This document shows positions 26,801 through 34,391 of a stretch of DNA of 34,391 bases, in pieces (position 1 is the first letter of the stretch; the number at the start of each line of letters is the position of its first letter). The notes under the pieces are model-generated. The model was not told the origin of the DNA and ran no database searches. It saw only the letters and a program-made list of their open reading frames with translations. A program made the translations under genes and the position numbers. The stretch covers positions 1-34,391 of the forward strand of contig JBGAGQ010000067.1 of the NCBI GenBank assembly GCA_044226625.1, read 5' to 3'. The DNA comes from Thermoanaerobaculia bacterium (lineage in GTDB: Bacteria; Acidobacteriota; Thermoanaerobaculia; Multivoradales; UBA5704).

Positions 26801-29800
26801 GAAAGCCGTAGGCTCGCACCGCGGTGGCGGGCAACCGCCGGTCGTGGATGGTCGAACGGCAGCTCTAGGGGCTCGACCGCGACGCCTTCGTTGGCTTCGA
26901 GCTCGGCCGCCTTCTCGGCCAAGGCCGCCATCCAGCGCTCTGCCGCCTCGGGCCGGCGCTCGAAGGCCGCGACGTCGGCTTGCTGGAGCCCGACCGGGGG
27001 AAGCGGCGTCGCCGGCAGACCGAGCGCCTGGGCGTAAAGTGACGAGAGATCGCGCTCGACCAGGGCGAGCGAGACGCCGTCGGCCACGAGGTGATGGAAC
27101 ACGAGGATCAGATCGCTCGGCTGCCCTCCGCCCCGCAGGACCACGAGATTTCGCCAGAGCGGCCCTCGGGCGAGATCGAACGGTCGATTCGAAGCGGATC
27201 GCCGGATGCGCGTGCCTTCCTTCTCCCGTCGCTCATCCACCCTCTCAGGCGAGGCCGACGAGCCGAGACTCCCGAGCCCCGAGAGATCGACCGTCGAGAG
27301 GCGCGTGCGTCCGTCGGAGGCGCCAAGCGAAGCGCCCGGGGAATTGAAGGTCTGGACCGGCCCGGCCTCGGACTCGAAGATCCGGGCCCGCAGAGCCTCG
27401 TGCCGATCCCAGATCCCGCCGAACGCCGCGTCGAGCGCGGCAACGTCGAGCTTGCCCGCGACCGAAAACGCCGCCGGGATGTGGTAGAGCGAGCTTGCCC
27501 CTTCGAGCTGCTCGATGAACCAGAGGCGCTCCTGGGCGTACGAAAGCGGGATCGGCCGGCTCCGGTCGGCGCGAGGGATCTCGCGTCCGGCGCCTTCGGC
27601 GAGCGTTTCGTCGGCCGCGGCGCGAAGCTCCTCGATGCGCCTCGCGAGACCGCGCAGCGTGGGCGTCTCGAACAGGAGAGCGACCGGCAGATCCAGACCC
27701 AGCTCTCCGCGTAGGCGATAGATCAGCTGGGCGGCGAGCAGCGAATGCCCCCCCAGGGCGAAGAAGTCATCCTCCCCACCGATTTCGCTCCCGATGCCGA
27801 GCAGGTCGCGCCAGGCCGATGCGAGGCGCCGCTCGAGGTTTGAGGAGGGTAGAGCCGCTTCGGCCGAAGGCGTGCGGCTCGGTAGCGAGATCCGTTCAAG
27901 CGCCCTTCGGTCCACCTTGCCGTTCGCGGTCGTCGGCAACTCACCGAGGCGGACGAAAGCGCGCGGAATCATCGCCTCAGAAAGCCGAGCGCGTAGACCC
28001 TCGACGAGATCGGCGTCCAACGGATCGGCGCCCGGCTCCGGCACGACGTAGGCGACGATCCGGCGCGAATTCCCCTCTTCGCGCACCCCGACCGCGACCT
28101 CGCGCACGCCGGGCAGCCGTGCGAGCACCGCCTCGATCTCCCCCAGCTCGATCCGTTGGCCGCGGATCTTCACCTGCAGATCGAGGCGGCCCAGGAATTC
28201 GAGCTCACCCGCGGCGCGCGCCCCGCGAGCCCTCCGCGCGCGGTCGCCGGTTCGATACATCCGCGCGCCAGGCTCGGCGGCAAATGGATCGGGAACGAAT
28301 CGCGCCGCCGTCTGGCGCGGATCGTTCAGGTAGCCGCGCGCGAGGCCCGAGCCCGCCACCACCAGCTCGCCCACCGAGCCGGGCGGTACCGGATTGAGCC
28401 GCCGGTCGAGCAGATAGGCGCGGACCCCGTCGATCGGGCCGTACTGGTTGCAGAGGAGATAACGCGAGCCCGCGGGGGCTCCATGGCGCAGCCGATCGCC
28501 GCCGGTCTGGAGCGCCCGCAGGCGCAACCCCTCGGGATGCCGCTCGCCGGCCATCAAATCCACGAGCGCGGTCGGCGCCCAGGCGATCGTGAGGCGCTCG
28601 GCCGCGAACCAGGCGAGCAGGTCGGGGGCCGACAGCCGCACGTCCGCGGTGGGGATGTGCAGGCTCGCCCCCGCCGCGAGCGCCGGCCAGATCTCGATCA
28701 CCGCCGCGTCGAAGCTCGGTCCCGAGACCTGCGAGCCGCGGTCCTCCGGCGTCCAGTCGAAGCGACCCTGGTGCCAGGCGACGATGTGCACCGCTCCGCG
28801 ATGGCTCATTCCGACGCACTTCGGCTCCCCCGTCGATCCGGAGGTGAAGATCACGTAGGCGAGCCGATCGGGATCCGACGCGAGCCCACCCGACCGACCG
28901 GCGAGCCGATCCGAATCGTTGGAAGACGGCGCCTCGTCGAAGATCACCACCGGGCAATCGAGGGTCCAACCGCCGGCGAGCTCGCCGAGCGTCACCACCG
29001 CCGAGGCGCCGGCCGCCCGCACCATCGCCGCGCGGCGGGCGGCCGGATAGGCCGGGTCGATCGGAGCGTAGGCCGCCCCCGCGCGCAGGGCCGCGAGCTC
29101 GGCGACGATCAGGGCAGCCGAGCGGTCGAGGCAGACCGCGACGACCGCGTCTTCGGCGATTCCCATCGCGCGCAACCGTTGCGCGAGCCGGTCGGCGCGA
29201 GCGAGAAGCTCCGCGTACGAAATCTGCTCGGACGCGTCCGCTACCGCGAGCCCCTCCGGGGTCTCGCGCGCCCACCGTTCGACGAGCCCGTCGATCGTCG
29301 CGGGACCGTCGGCGAGCGGCCGCTCCGCCGGCCCGGCCGCCAAGGCGAGCAGCTCGGCGATCTCCGGCTCCGAGAGCAACCGCAGCTCCGACAGTCTGGC
29401 ACCCGGGCGGGTCGACATCTCCGAAAGCATGCGCGAGAACCAAACCGACCAACGCTCGACGGTCGCGGCGTCGAAGCGGCCGGCGTCATACTCGATCGAG
29501 GCGCTCCAATCCTCGCCGGCCAATGAGTCGGCGAACATCGTCAAGTCAAACTTCGCGGTGCCGGTCTCGAGCGGGAACGGCTCGAGGTCGACGCCGAGGA
29601 GCGCGAGCCGGTCCGCATCGGTGGGCCGCGCCGCCGCCATCGTCGAAAACCAGGGCGTGCGATCGAGGTCGCGCTCGGGGGCGAGCGCCTCGACCAGCCG
29701 CTCGAACGGCGTGCCCGCGTGCGCGAGCGATGCCGCGAGCCCGCCGCGCAGCCGGTCGAGCCATTCATAGCCGGAGGGGTCTCCCGCGGCGTCGGCACGC

Positions 29801-32800
29801 AACACCACGGTGTTGACGAACAGGCCGACGAGCGGCTCCGCTTCGCGCCGAAGCCGCCCCGCTGCGGGCACCCCCACGCCGAACAGGTCCTGGCCGGTGA
29901 GGCGCTGCAGGAGCGCGGCATAGACGCCGAGGAGCGCCACGAACGGCGTCGTGCCCGCGGCTCGCGAAAGCGCGGCGAGCGCCGGGCCGCCGCCGCGCGA
30001 CTCGAGCGTCCGTCCGCGATGCCGCTCCGTGGCGCGCGGAGGCTCGCGGTCGGCCGGCAGCTCCAGAGCCGGCAGGCCAGCGAGCTCGGCGCGCCAGAAC
30101 TCGATCTCGCGCGTGTCCGGGGTCTCCAGGCGGCGGCGCTCGAAAAGGGCGTAGTCGGCGTAACGGCAAGGGAGCGGTGCGAGGATCGCAGCGCGCCGCT
30201 CGACTTGAGCGGAATACAGCGCGGCGAGCTCGCGCTCGAGAATGCCCAGCGAGACGCCGTCGGCGACGAGGTGGTGGACGACCAGCGCCAGCCGGAAACG
30301 CTCGGCGGAGAGCGCGATCGAGAGGACGCGCAGCAGCGGGCCGCGGCCGAGATCGAACGGCCGGCGCGCCGCGAGCCCGAGCAGCCGGTCGCCCTCACGC
30401 GTCCCCAGACCCTCGTTCGAGGAACCGAGCGCGAGGAGGTCGACCTCCGGTACCTGGGCCCCTCCCTCCGCGTCGAAAGACTGGAGCGCCTGCCCTTCGA
30501 TCCGGTGGAAGCGTGCCCGGAGCGCCTCGTGACGCTCCCAGAGATCCGCGAGCGCCGCGCGGAAGGCCGGTACATCGAGCCGGCCGCGCCCCTCGAAACC
30601 GGCGGCGATGTGGTAGAGCGCGCTCGGCCCGAGCAACTCCTCGAGGAACCAAATCCTCTCCTGAGCGACCGAGAGGGGCACGGGCACGCCGCGGGGCGCC
30701 ACCGGGATCGCCGACCGCGCCGAAGCGCCGCCGAAACCTCCGCGCTCTTCGAGCCAGCGGGCGAACCGCTCGACCGTGGGCTCCTTGAGCAGCGCCGAAA
30801 CGGGCACCTCGAAACCGACCTCGTCGTGCAGCCGGTAGGCGAGCTTCGCCGCGAGCAGCGAGTGGCCGCCGAGGGCGAAGAAATCGTCGTCCGCGCCGAC
30901 CTCGTCGATCCCGAGCACCTCGGCCCAGATCGCGGCCAAACGCGCCTCCCCCTCGGTGCGCGGCTTACGGCCCCCAGCGACCGCCGCCGGAAGCGGCAGC
31001 TCGGCGAGCGCGCGGGCGTCAACCTTCCCGTTCGCGTTCCGCGGCAGCGCGTCGAGCCGGAGGAAGACGCGAGGCACCATCGCGTCGGTCAGTCGATGAG
31101 AAAGGGCGTAGACCAGTTGGGCGTCGTCGATTCCCGACCCCGCTTCGGGAGTGGCGCCCACCGTTTCGTCGCCCGGCGTGTGCCCCGCCAAAACGACGTA
31201 GGCGACCAGGCGACGGTCCCCCTCGGTCGCCCCCGGTCGAATCCCCACAGCGGCCTCGCGGACGGCGGCGAGCGAGAGGAGGGCCGCTTCGATCTCCCCG
31301 AGCTCGATGCGCTGGCCGCGGATCTTCACCTGGGTGTCGAGCCGCGACAGGAACTCGAGCTCGCCGTTCGGCCGGTAGCGGACCCGGTCCCCGGTGCGGT
31401 ACATCCGGGCGCCCGGCGTCGCCGTGTACGGATCGGGGACGAAGCGCGAGGCCGTGAGCGCCGGGTCGCCCAGATAGCCGCGGGCGAGCCCGCCGCCGGC
31501 CGCCACCAGCTCGCCCGGTGTTCCGATCGGCGCGCGCTCGAGCCTCGCGTCGAGCACGTAGACCGCGACGCCGTCGATCTCGTGCGCCCGACCCGCTTTC
31601 AGACCGTGTCCGAAATCGCGCTGGGTGGTGATCACGGCATTCTCGGCCGGGCCGTACTGGTTGCTCATGACGAACGACGCCCCGGGGCCGATCTCGCGAT
31701 GCAGCCGGTCGCCGCCCGTTTGCAGATGGCGAAGCGCGAGGCCTCCGAGCGCCCCCCGGTTCTCGAGCGCTACGACCTCCTCGGCGATCGCGGTCGGCAT
31801 CCACGCGATCGTCAACCGCTCGCGGGCGAGCCAATCGGCGAGCGTTGAGGCGCCGAGTCGGACGTCCTCCTCTGGCACGTGCAGGCTCGCGCCGGAGGCC
31901 AACGCGGGCCAGATCTCGATCACCGCCGCGTCGAACGACGGACCCGAGACCTGCGTCGCGCGATCGGCTGGGGTCCAACCGAAGCGGCCGCGGTGCCAGG
32001 CGACCGTGTGCATCGCACCGCGGTGGCTCATGGCGACCGCCTTGGGACGGCCCGACGAGCCCGAGGTGAAGATCGCGTAGGCGAGGCGATCGGGCGCCTG
32101 CATCGCCTCGAAAGCCTCGACTGCTTCGGGCTCGGCGCCCTCTCGATCGAGGTCGAGCGCCTCGATTCGGACGACCGCGACGCCGCGCTCCTCGCCGCAC
32201 CAGCCACCCACGAGATTGTTACGGGTGATCACCACCCGCGCGCCCGAGGCCGCAACCATGTCGGCACGCCGCCCCTCCGGATAGGCAGGGTCGATCGGCG
32301 CGTACGCTCCGCCCGCGCGCAGCACCCCGAGCTCCGCCACGATCAAGGAGACCGAGCGGTCGAGGCAGACCGCAACGCGATCCTCTTCCCTCACACCCAG
32401 CTCCCGAAGCCGCCGGGCGAGAGCGCCAGCGCGCGAGCCTAGCCGAGCGTAGGAGAGGCTCTCGTCACGATCCCGCACGGCGAGCGCCTCGGGCGTCTCA
32501 CGCTCCCAGCGGGCGATCCACGCGTCGAGGGCGACCTCCTCCGGCGTGGTCTTGGCCGGCCCTTCGCCCCAGGCGGCGAGCTGAGCGGTCTCCGAGGGCG
32601 CGAGCAGCGGCAAAGTGGAGAGCCGCAGGTCGGGCGCCGCGACCGCCGCTTCGAACAGCCGGGCGAACCCGTCGACGATCCGCGCCGCGGTCGCCCGCTC
32701 GAAGCGGTCGACCGCGTATTCGAGGGCGGCGCGGAGCGGCGTCTTGCTCTCCCGACGCAATGCGAGCGCGAGATCGAACTTCGCGGTGCCGGTAAACATC

Positions 32801-34391
32801 GGTTCGAGGCGCGCGTCCAGTCCGGCGAGGCGCGGCGCGGGGGCTCCGTCCTCGATCGTGAGGAACGCCTGGAACGGCGCCGCAGCGATCCCGCCACCGG
32901 GCGGGCGCAGAAGATCGATCAGGCGGTCGTAGGGCAGATGCCGATGGGCATAGGCCTCCAGGCAGATCGTCCGCAGCCGCTCGGCCAACGTCGCGAACGT
33001 CGGGTCCCCCGCTAGGTCGATCCGGAGCGGCAGGGTGTTGACGAAACAGCCGATCAGCAGCTCGAGCTCCGGCCGCGTACGCACGGAGACCGGTGTCCCG
33101 ACCAGGAGGTCGGAGGCGTCGCCGAAGCGGCCGAGGACAGCGCCCCAGGCCGCCGCGAGCAGCATGAACGGCGTCGCGCCGAGCTGTCTCGCGAGCGCGT
33201 CGAGCGAGGCTCCGGGCACCTCGAGCCCGCGCTCGAGCCGCGCCCCGCGCGCGCTCGGGCTCCCCATCCGCGGGGTGGAATCGAGCGGCAAATCGAGGGG
33301 AGCCGGAGGCTCGGCGAGGCGTCCCGCCCAGTAGTCGCGCTCGCGATCCCAAAGACCTTCGAGGAATTGCCGTCGCTCCCAGGCGGCAGCATCCGCCACC
33401 TGGACTGGCAGCGCGGACTGGGCGAGCGGCACGCGCGCCAGAGCGCCCGAGTAGGCGGCGCCGATCTCGTCGGCGAGCAGGCCGAGCGACCAGCCGTCGG
33501 AGATCAGGTGATGGAGCGTGAGGACCAGCTCGTGGCGATCGCCCTCGAAGAGCATCCGGAGCGCGCGAAGGAGCGGCGGCCGGGCGAGATCGAAGGGCAG
33601 CCGCGACGACGCCTCGGCCACCCGGTCCGCCTCCCCGTCCCGCGCGGCCCGGTCCAGGCCCGAGAGGTCGACCGCCGGAAGGGGCAGCCGAACCTTCGAG
33701 GCGGCGATCTGCTCGGGCCCCTCCGGCCGCGCGACGAAGCCGGTGCGGAGCGCCTCATGGCGCTCGACCACCGCGCCCAGCGCGGCCTGGAGCGCCGCGG
33801 GATCGAGCGCGCCCTCGAGTCGGAGCCGGCCCGGGAGGTGGTAGGTCGGCTGACCCGGGTCGAGACGTTCGAGGATCCAGATCCGCGCTTGCGCGAACGA
33901 GGTCGGCAGCGGCCGGCCGCGCTCCGGCTCGGGGATCCGTTCGATCGGCGGCTCGGGAACCGACGCGGCGGCCCCGCCGCGGGCGGCGATCTCTGCGCGG
34001 ACCCTCTCCGCGAGGCGCGCGATCGTGGGTGACTCGAAAAGGGCCCGGGCGGGAAGTGCGACGCCGGTCGTTCGCGCCACCCGCGCGAGCAGCCGCATCG
34101 CCGCGAGCGAGTGGCCCCCCGCGCGGAAGAAGTCCTCGTCCGGGTCGAGCGTCTCGACGCCCAAGACCTCCGCGAACTGCCCCGCCAGGAGCTGGCCGAG
34201 CGCGTCGGCGGACGGTCCGGAAAGCCGGCCCGAAAGTCGCCCCGAGGCTTCGCCGCTCGCGCCGAAACGCGGCGCCGGCAGCGACTTACGGTCGACCTTG
34301 CCGTTCGCGCTCCGCGGCAGCTTGGGCAACGGCACGAACGCGCTCGGGACCATGTAGCTCGGCAGCTTCGCCCCGAGCCGCGCCGAGAGCG
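20896..34391 (-). CDS. Multimodular NRPS, 5'-partial: [A C-terminal tail]-T-C-A-T-C-A-T-C-A-T-C-A(Lys2-like)-T-docking tail
   Basis: ORF track gives 4485 aa from ATG 34353, but that Met lies in the conserved A-domain motif [10 protein letters not shown] and the frame is open to the window edge, so the true start is outside. Carrier motifs GGHSL x4 (~34110, ~30860, ~27745, ~24450) and GGNSL (~21135). C motifs HHLISDG (~33510), HHLVADG (~30275, ~27095), HHAIADG (~23850). A motifs such as FTSGSTG.PK, YRTGD, QVKIRG.RIE and NGKVDR. Confidence 0.97.
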   Translation of the reverse strand, partial: LSARLGAKLPSYMVPSAFVPLPKLPRSANGKVDRKSLPAPRFGASGEASGRLSGRLSGPSADALGQLLAGQFAEVLGVETLDPDEDFFRAGGHSLAAMRLLARVARTTGVALPARALFESPTIARLAERVRAEIAARGGAAASVPEPPIERIPEPERGRPLPTSFAQARIWILERLDPGQPTYHLPGRLRLEGALDPAALQAALGAVVERHEALRTGFVARPEGPEQIAASKVRLPLPAVDLSGLDRAARDGEADRVAEASSRLPFDLARPPLLRALRMLFEGDRHELVLTLHHLISDGWSLGLLADEIGAAYSGALARVPLAQSALPVQVADAAAWERRQFLEGLWDRERDYWAGRLAEPPAPLDLPLDSTPRMGSPSARGARLERGLEVPGASLDALARQLGATPFMLLAAAWGAVLGRFGDASDLLVGTPVSVRTRPELELLIGCFVNTLPLRIDLAGDPTFATLAERLRTICLEAYAHRHLPYDRLIDLLRPPGGGIAAAPFQAFLTIEDGAPAPRLAGLDARLEPMFTGTAKFDLALALRRESKTPLRAALEYAVDRFERATAARIVDGFARLFEAAVAAPDLRLSTLPLLAPSETAQLAAWGEGPAKTTPEEVALDAWIARWERETPEALAVRDRDESLSYARLGSRAGALARRLRELGVREEDRVAVCLDRSVSLIVAELGVLRAGGAYAPIDPAYPEGRRADMVAASGARVVITRNNLVGGWCGEERGVAVVRIEALDLDREGAEPEAVEAFEAMQAPDRLAYAIFTSGSSGRPKAVAMSHRGAMHTVAWHRGRFGWTPADRATQVSGPSFDAAVIEIWPALASGASLHVPEEDVRLGASTLADWLARERLTIAWMPTAIAEEVVALENRGALGGLALRHLQTGGDRLHREIGPGASFVMSNQYGPAENAVITTQRDFGHGLKAGRAHEIDGVAVYVLDARLERAPIGTPGELVAAGGGLARGYLGDPALTASRFVPDPYTATPGARMYRTGDRVRYRPNGELEFLSRLDTQVKIRGQRIELGEIEAALLSLAAVREAAVGIRPGATEGDRRLVAYVVLAGHTPGDETVGATPEAGSGIDDAQLVYALSHRLTDAMVPRVFLRLDALPRNANGKVDARALAELPLPAAVAGGRKPRTEGEARLAAIWAEVLGIDEVGADDDFFALGGHSLLAAKLAYRLHDEVGFEVPVSALLKEPTVERFARWLEERGGFGGASARSAIPVAPRGVPVPLSVAQERIWFLEELLGPSALYHIAAGFEGRGRLDVPAFRAALADLWERHEALRARFHRIEGQALQSFDAEGGAQVPEVDLLALGSSNEGLGTREGDRLLGLAARRPFDLGRGPLLRVLSIALSAERFRLALVVHHLVADGVSLGILERELAALYSAQVERRAAILAPLPCRYADYALFERRRLETPDTREIEFWRAELAGLPALELPADREPPRATERHRGRTLESRGGGPALAALSRAAGTTPFVALLGVYAALLQRLTGQDLFGVGVPAAGRLRREAEPLVGLFVNTVVLRADAAGDPSGYEWLDRLRGGLAASLAHAGTPFERLVEALAPERDLDRTPWFSTMAAARPTDADRLALLGVDLEPFPLETGTAKFDLTMFADSLAGEDWSASIEYDAGRFDAATVERWSVWFSRMLSEMSTRPGARLSELRLLSEPEIAELLALAAGPAERPLADGPATIDGLVERWARETPEGLAVADASEQISYAELLARADRLAQRLRAMGIAEDAVVAVCLDRSAALIVAELAALRAGAAYAPIDPAYPAARRAAMVRAAGASAVVTLGELAGGWTLDCPVVIFDEAPSSNDSDRLAGRSGGLASDPDRLAYVIFTSGSTGEPKCVGMSHRGAVHIVAWHQGRFDWTPEDRGSQVSGPSFDAAVIEIWPALAAGASLHIPTADVRLSAPDLLAWFAAERLTIAWAPTALVDLMAGERHPEGLRLRALQTGGDRLRHGAPAGSRYLLCNQYGPIDGVRAYLLDRRLNPVPPGSVGELVVAGSGLARGYLNDPRQTAARFVPDPFAAEPGARMYRTGDRARRARGARAAGELEFLGRLDLQVKIRGQRIELGEIEAVLARLPGVREVAVGVREEGNSRRIVAYVVPEPGADPLDADLVEGLRARLSEAMIPRAFVRLGELPTTANGKVDRRALERISLPSRTPSAEAALPSSNLERRLASAWRDLLGIGSEIGGEDDFFALGGHSLLAAQLIYRLRGELGLDLPVALLFETPTLRGLARRIEELRAAADETLAEGAGREIPRADRSRPIPLSYAQERLWFIEQLEGASSLYHIPAAFSVAGKLDVAALDAAFGGIWDRHEALRARIFESEAGPVQTFNSPGASLGASDGRTRLSTVDLSGLGSLGSSASPERVDERREKEGTRIRRSASNRPFDLARGPLWRNLVVLRGGGQPSDLILVFHHLVADGVSLALVERDLSSLYAQALGLPATPLPPVGLQQADVAAFERRPEAAERWMAALAEKAAELEANEGVAVEPLELPFDHPRPAVARHRGASLRLSPFVPVGEITAALSSLSSRFGATPFQVWFAAFGALLSRLSGRETIAIGLPVAGRTAETVGVVGMLADTAVARAGLSGDPSGADLLAASRARLIAAERSPVPFERLVERLAPARARSLAPLFQVALVSQPTTGTGLSLPGARLTPIEPEEVAAKWDLTLYVEPRAEGGGAAGVEYDADLFERTTVERLLGQLGRVLVDLGRRPTARLSELSLLSDAEREELLAAGRGAGPGRVGDVAAQLDDLVARWEEQTPEALAVADLDGTISYGELGARANRLAWKLRELGIAEDASVAVCLDRSIDLIVAELGVLRAGAAFAPIDPAYPSERRRDMVALSRSAAVITRSKLAGSWCGDARVIALDTEPVAAVSGSSAVPSRRRDPQSLAYVIFTSGSTGRPKAVAMSHRGALHIVGWYRDRFAWTAADRGSQTAGPSFDASIIEIWPALVSGGSLHIPPTAIRNEPAALMRWFASERLTLGWMPTPIFDLAALEPAPPDLALRALGTGGDRLLRGLPPGARYVLCNQYGPAENAVISTQGEARDGDGTEAPPIGQPIPGVRAYLLDRFQGLAPTGSAGELAVAGDGLARGYLGDPAQTAERFVPDPFGAPAGSRMYRTGDRVRLRPDGQFEFHGRIDRQVKIRGQRIELGEIEAALAAVPGVRDAAVAVEDGEVSGAERRLIGFVVAMPGAEGLGDRHLVAALRERLAEAMVPRTFLRLESLPITANGKVDRRALLRAVRLARSAAFEAGGLGAAGEAPRGEVERQIAAIWSDLLERPDIGREDDFFDLGGHSLLATRAAQRLRQAFSVELPLSVLFDRPTVAGLAEWIGETADGSEVRTIPRADRQGPIPLSFAQERLWLLDRFEPGSSTYTIPAAVRLEGDLSVPALRSALDRLVERHESLRTTFALAGDAPVQRIAERAGLALPLADLSALDGRRVESERVRLYERLAAAPFDLERGPLARFHLVAVDVGDLGETAGPQLHFALHFALHHAIADGWSVGVLVRDLAALYGEARSGRASGLPALAVQVVDHAVWQRGELSAERLARRLERWRTRLAGMPPALELPLDRQRPAVRTFAGASASLVLPADLADGVRALARSSGATLFMTLLSGWALQLGRLAGQGDFAIGTPAAERDRPELEPLIGMFLNTLVLRLDLAPEASERESLEPSFRDLIQRTRGRVLEAFGDEVPFERLLDAVQPARDLARTPLFQAFFNMVNLPEVHAAVEGIRVAPLAAPEAQAKFDLTVYAFEVGREIHLDWVYNADLFDPARIAAMLHQYRSLLGQAMAEPDRPAAELSLAMGAEILPDPRATLSAAWVGSVPARFTAWAECTPERLAVADPAESFSYGELLDRARRIARRLAREGVRKGDAVAILGHRSARLVPAVMGVLESGAAFTILDPAHPGKRMVDTLRLARPTGFLALEAAGPVPAQVVEFLEETAVPCRLTLPAFGSVLADPTAEESAAPLGVEIGPDDLAYLSFTSGSTGVPKGILGRHGPLSHFVPWQERRFGFGPEDRYTMLSGLAHDPLQRDLFTPLQTGAAVVAPPPGDIVVPGRLAAWLRDQRITVAHLTPAMGQILCELGPGEAPPVAPDLRWAFFVGDVLTRRDVERLRTLAPNVTVVNYYGSTETQRSVGYHVVPEPGRDRGEKQSLPLGRGIEDVQVLVVNRAGRLAGVGEVGEILMRSPHLAAGYVGDPAATAARFTRNPAADDAELADSGDRVYRTGDLGRYLPDGEVEFAGRADVQVKIRGYRIEPGEIEALLGRHPVVRECVVIARPSPGSAGSEGEKRLLAYVVLEPGTPAAGRPNVAELRAFLKDRLPDYMVPAAFVLLEKLPVNPNGKVDRAALPEPDDTNRSGAFAAPQTEIERTLAAILRDVLGVEKVGKDDNFFELGGNSLQMVKVHARVQEAFGTELQVVQLFTHPTVAALAAFLSQGESAPRPAAVIEDRTEKLATGRDRLKRRLAQRKTEGEQG
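20905..20912 (-). promoter_or_regulatory. Shine-Dalgarno for the PKS gene (AAGGGGAG), translational coupling
   Basis: 5 nt upstream of ATG 20899, which overlaps the upstream TGA (ATGA). Confidence 0.7.
21280..22870 (-). other. Lys2 (alpha-aminoadipate reductase)-like A domain, code DPRHFVYRSK
   Basis: [26 protein letters not shown] (HDPLQRD at 22222-22242), [43 protein letters not shown]. These closely match the Lys2 A-domain motifs as I recall them. Confidence 0.85.
24610..26090 (-). other. A domain paralogue 3, complete, code DAIWGGQVIK
   Basis: [10 protein letters not shown] / LGWMPT / LGTGGD / [12 protein letters not shown]...PPIGQP. All core motifs are present. Confidence 0.85.
27880..29300 (-). 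other. A domain paralogue 2 with an in-frame deletion of about 26 aa after YGP (probably inactive)
   Basis: NQYGP is joined directly to IDGVRAY at 28434/28435. Paralogue 3 has [26 protein letters not shown] between these motifs. Confidence 0.85.
31000..32560 (-). other. A domain paralogue 1, code DAIWQGQVIK, PIGxP motif missing
   Basis: [10 protein letters not shown] / IAWMPT / LQTGGD / [12 protein letters not shown], followed by [19 protein letters not shown]. Boundaries approximate. Confidence 0.85.

Larger units (their letters stand above)
24610..32560 (-). repeat. Three-copy intragenic module duplication (paralogous A domains)
   Basis: Near-identical DNA blocks, e.g. ggccagatctcgatcaccgccgcgtcgaa at ~31907 and ~28685 (variant ~25484), and gatctcccc.agctcgat.cg.tggccgcggatctt at ~31291, ~28135 and ~24868. 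Shared protein signatures MSHRGA.H, IEIWPAL and NQYGP. Confidence 0.8.

Noticed and set aside
24610-32560. Dispersed 25-40 bp near-identical repeats as a possible CRISPR array or mobile element
   Set aside because: They are kilobases apart and coincide with conserved A-domain motifs of duplicated modules. There is no spacer periodicity, transposase or terminal repeat.
34205-34250. Short imperfect 12-bp repeat encoding [12 protein letters not shown]
   Set aside because: Low-complexity A-T linker expansion inside coding sequence. Not a CRISPR or regulatory repeat.
34351-34353. ATG 34353 as the start of the large NRPS
   Set aside because: It is the Met of the conserved [11 protein letters not shown]-domain motif. 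The frame continues to the window edge, so the gene is 5'-truncated.

Overview
High-GC window (roughly 70% by eye) lying entirely inside one minus-strand hybrid NRPS-PKS operon that is cut at both edges. In transcription order (right to left) there are five genes. (1) A 5'-truncated NRPS of more than 4485 aa: [A-tail]-T-C-A-T-C-A-T-C-A-T-C-A-T. (2) A 2371-aa PKS-C hybrid: KS-AT(malonyl)-KR with a DH inserted-ACP-C. (3) A 2947-aa NRPS: interface(I)-A-T-C-A-T-C-TauD-like beta-hydroxylase. (4) A 1080-aa I-A(Asn)-T protein. (5) A 3'-truncated NRPS (docking helix-C-start of A) that is missing from the supplied ORF track. No TE, E or MT domain, RNA gene, mobile element, regulator or transporter was recognised. 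Main points of interest: a Lys2/alpha-aminoadipate-reductase-like A domain feeds the PKS module, suggesting side-chain-carboxyl activation and extension. The DH is embedded inside the KR. There are two interface domains but only one fused hydroxylase, which has a candidate internal RBS+ATG. Three paralogous A domains carry a specificity code I do not recognise, and two of them are damaged at the same site. The D-type C domains have no E domain. Domain boundaries are approximate, specificity codes were read by eye against GrsA numbering, and the product and host taxon are not identified.
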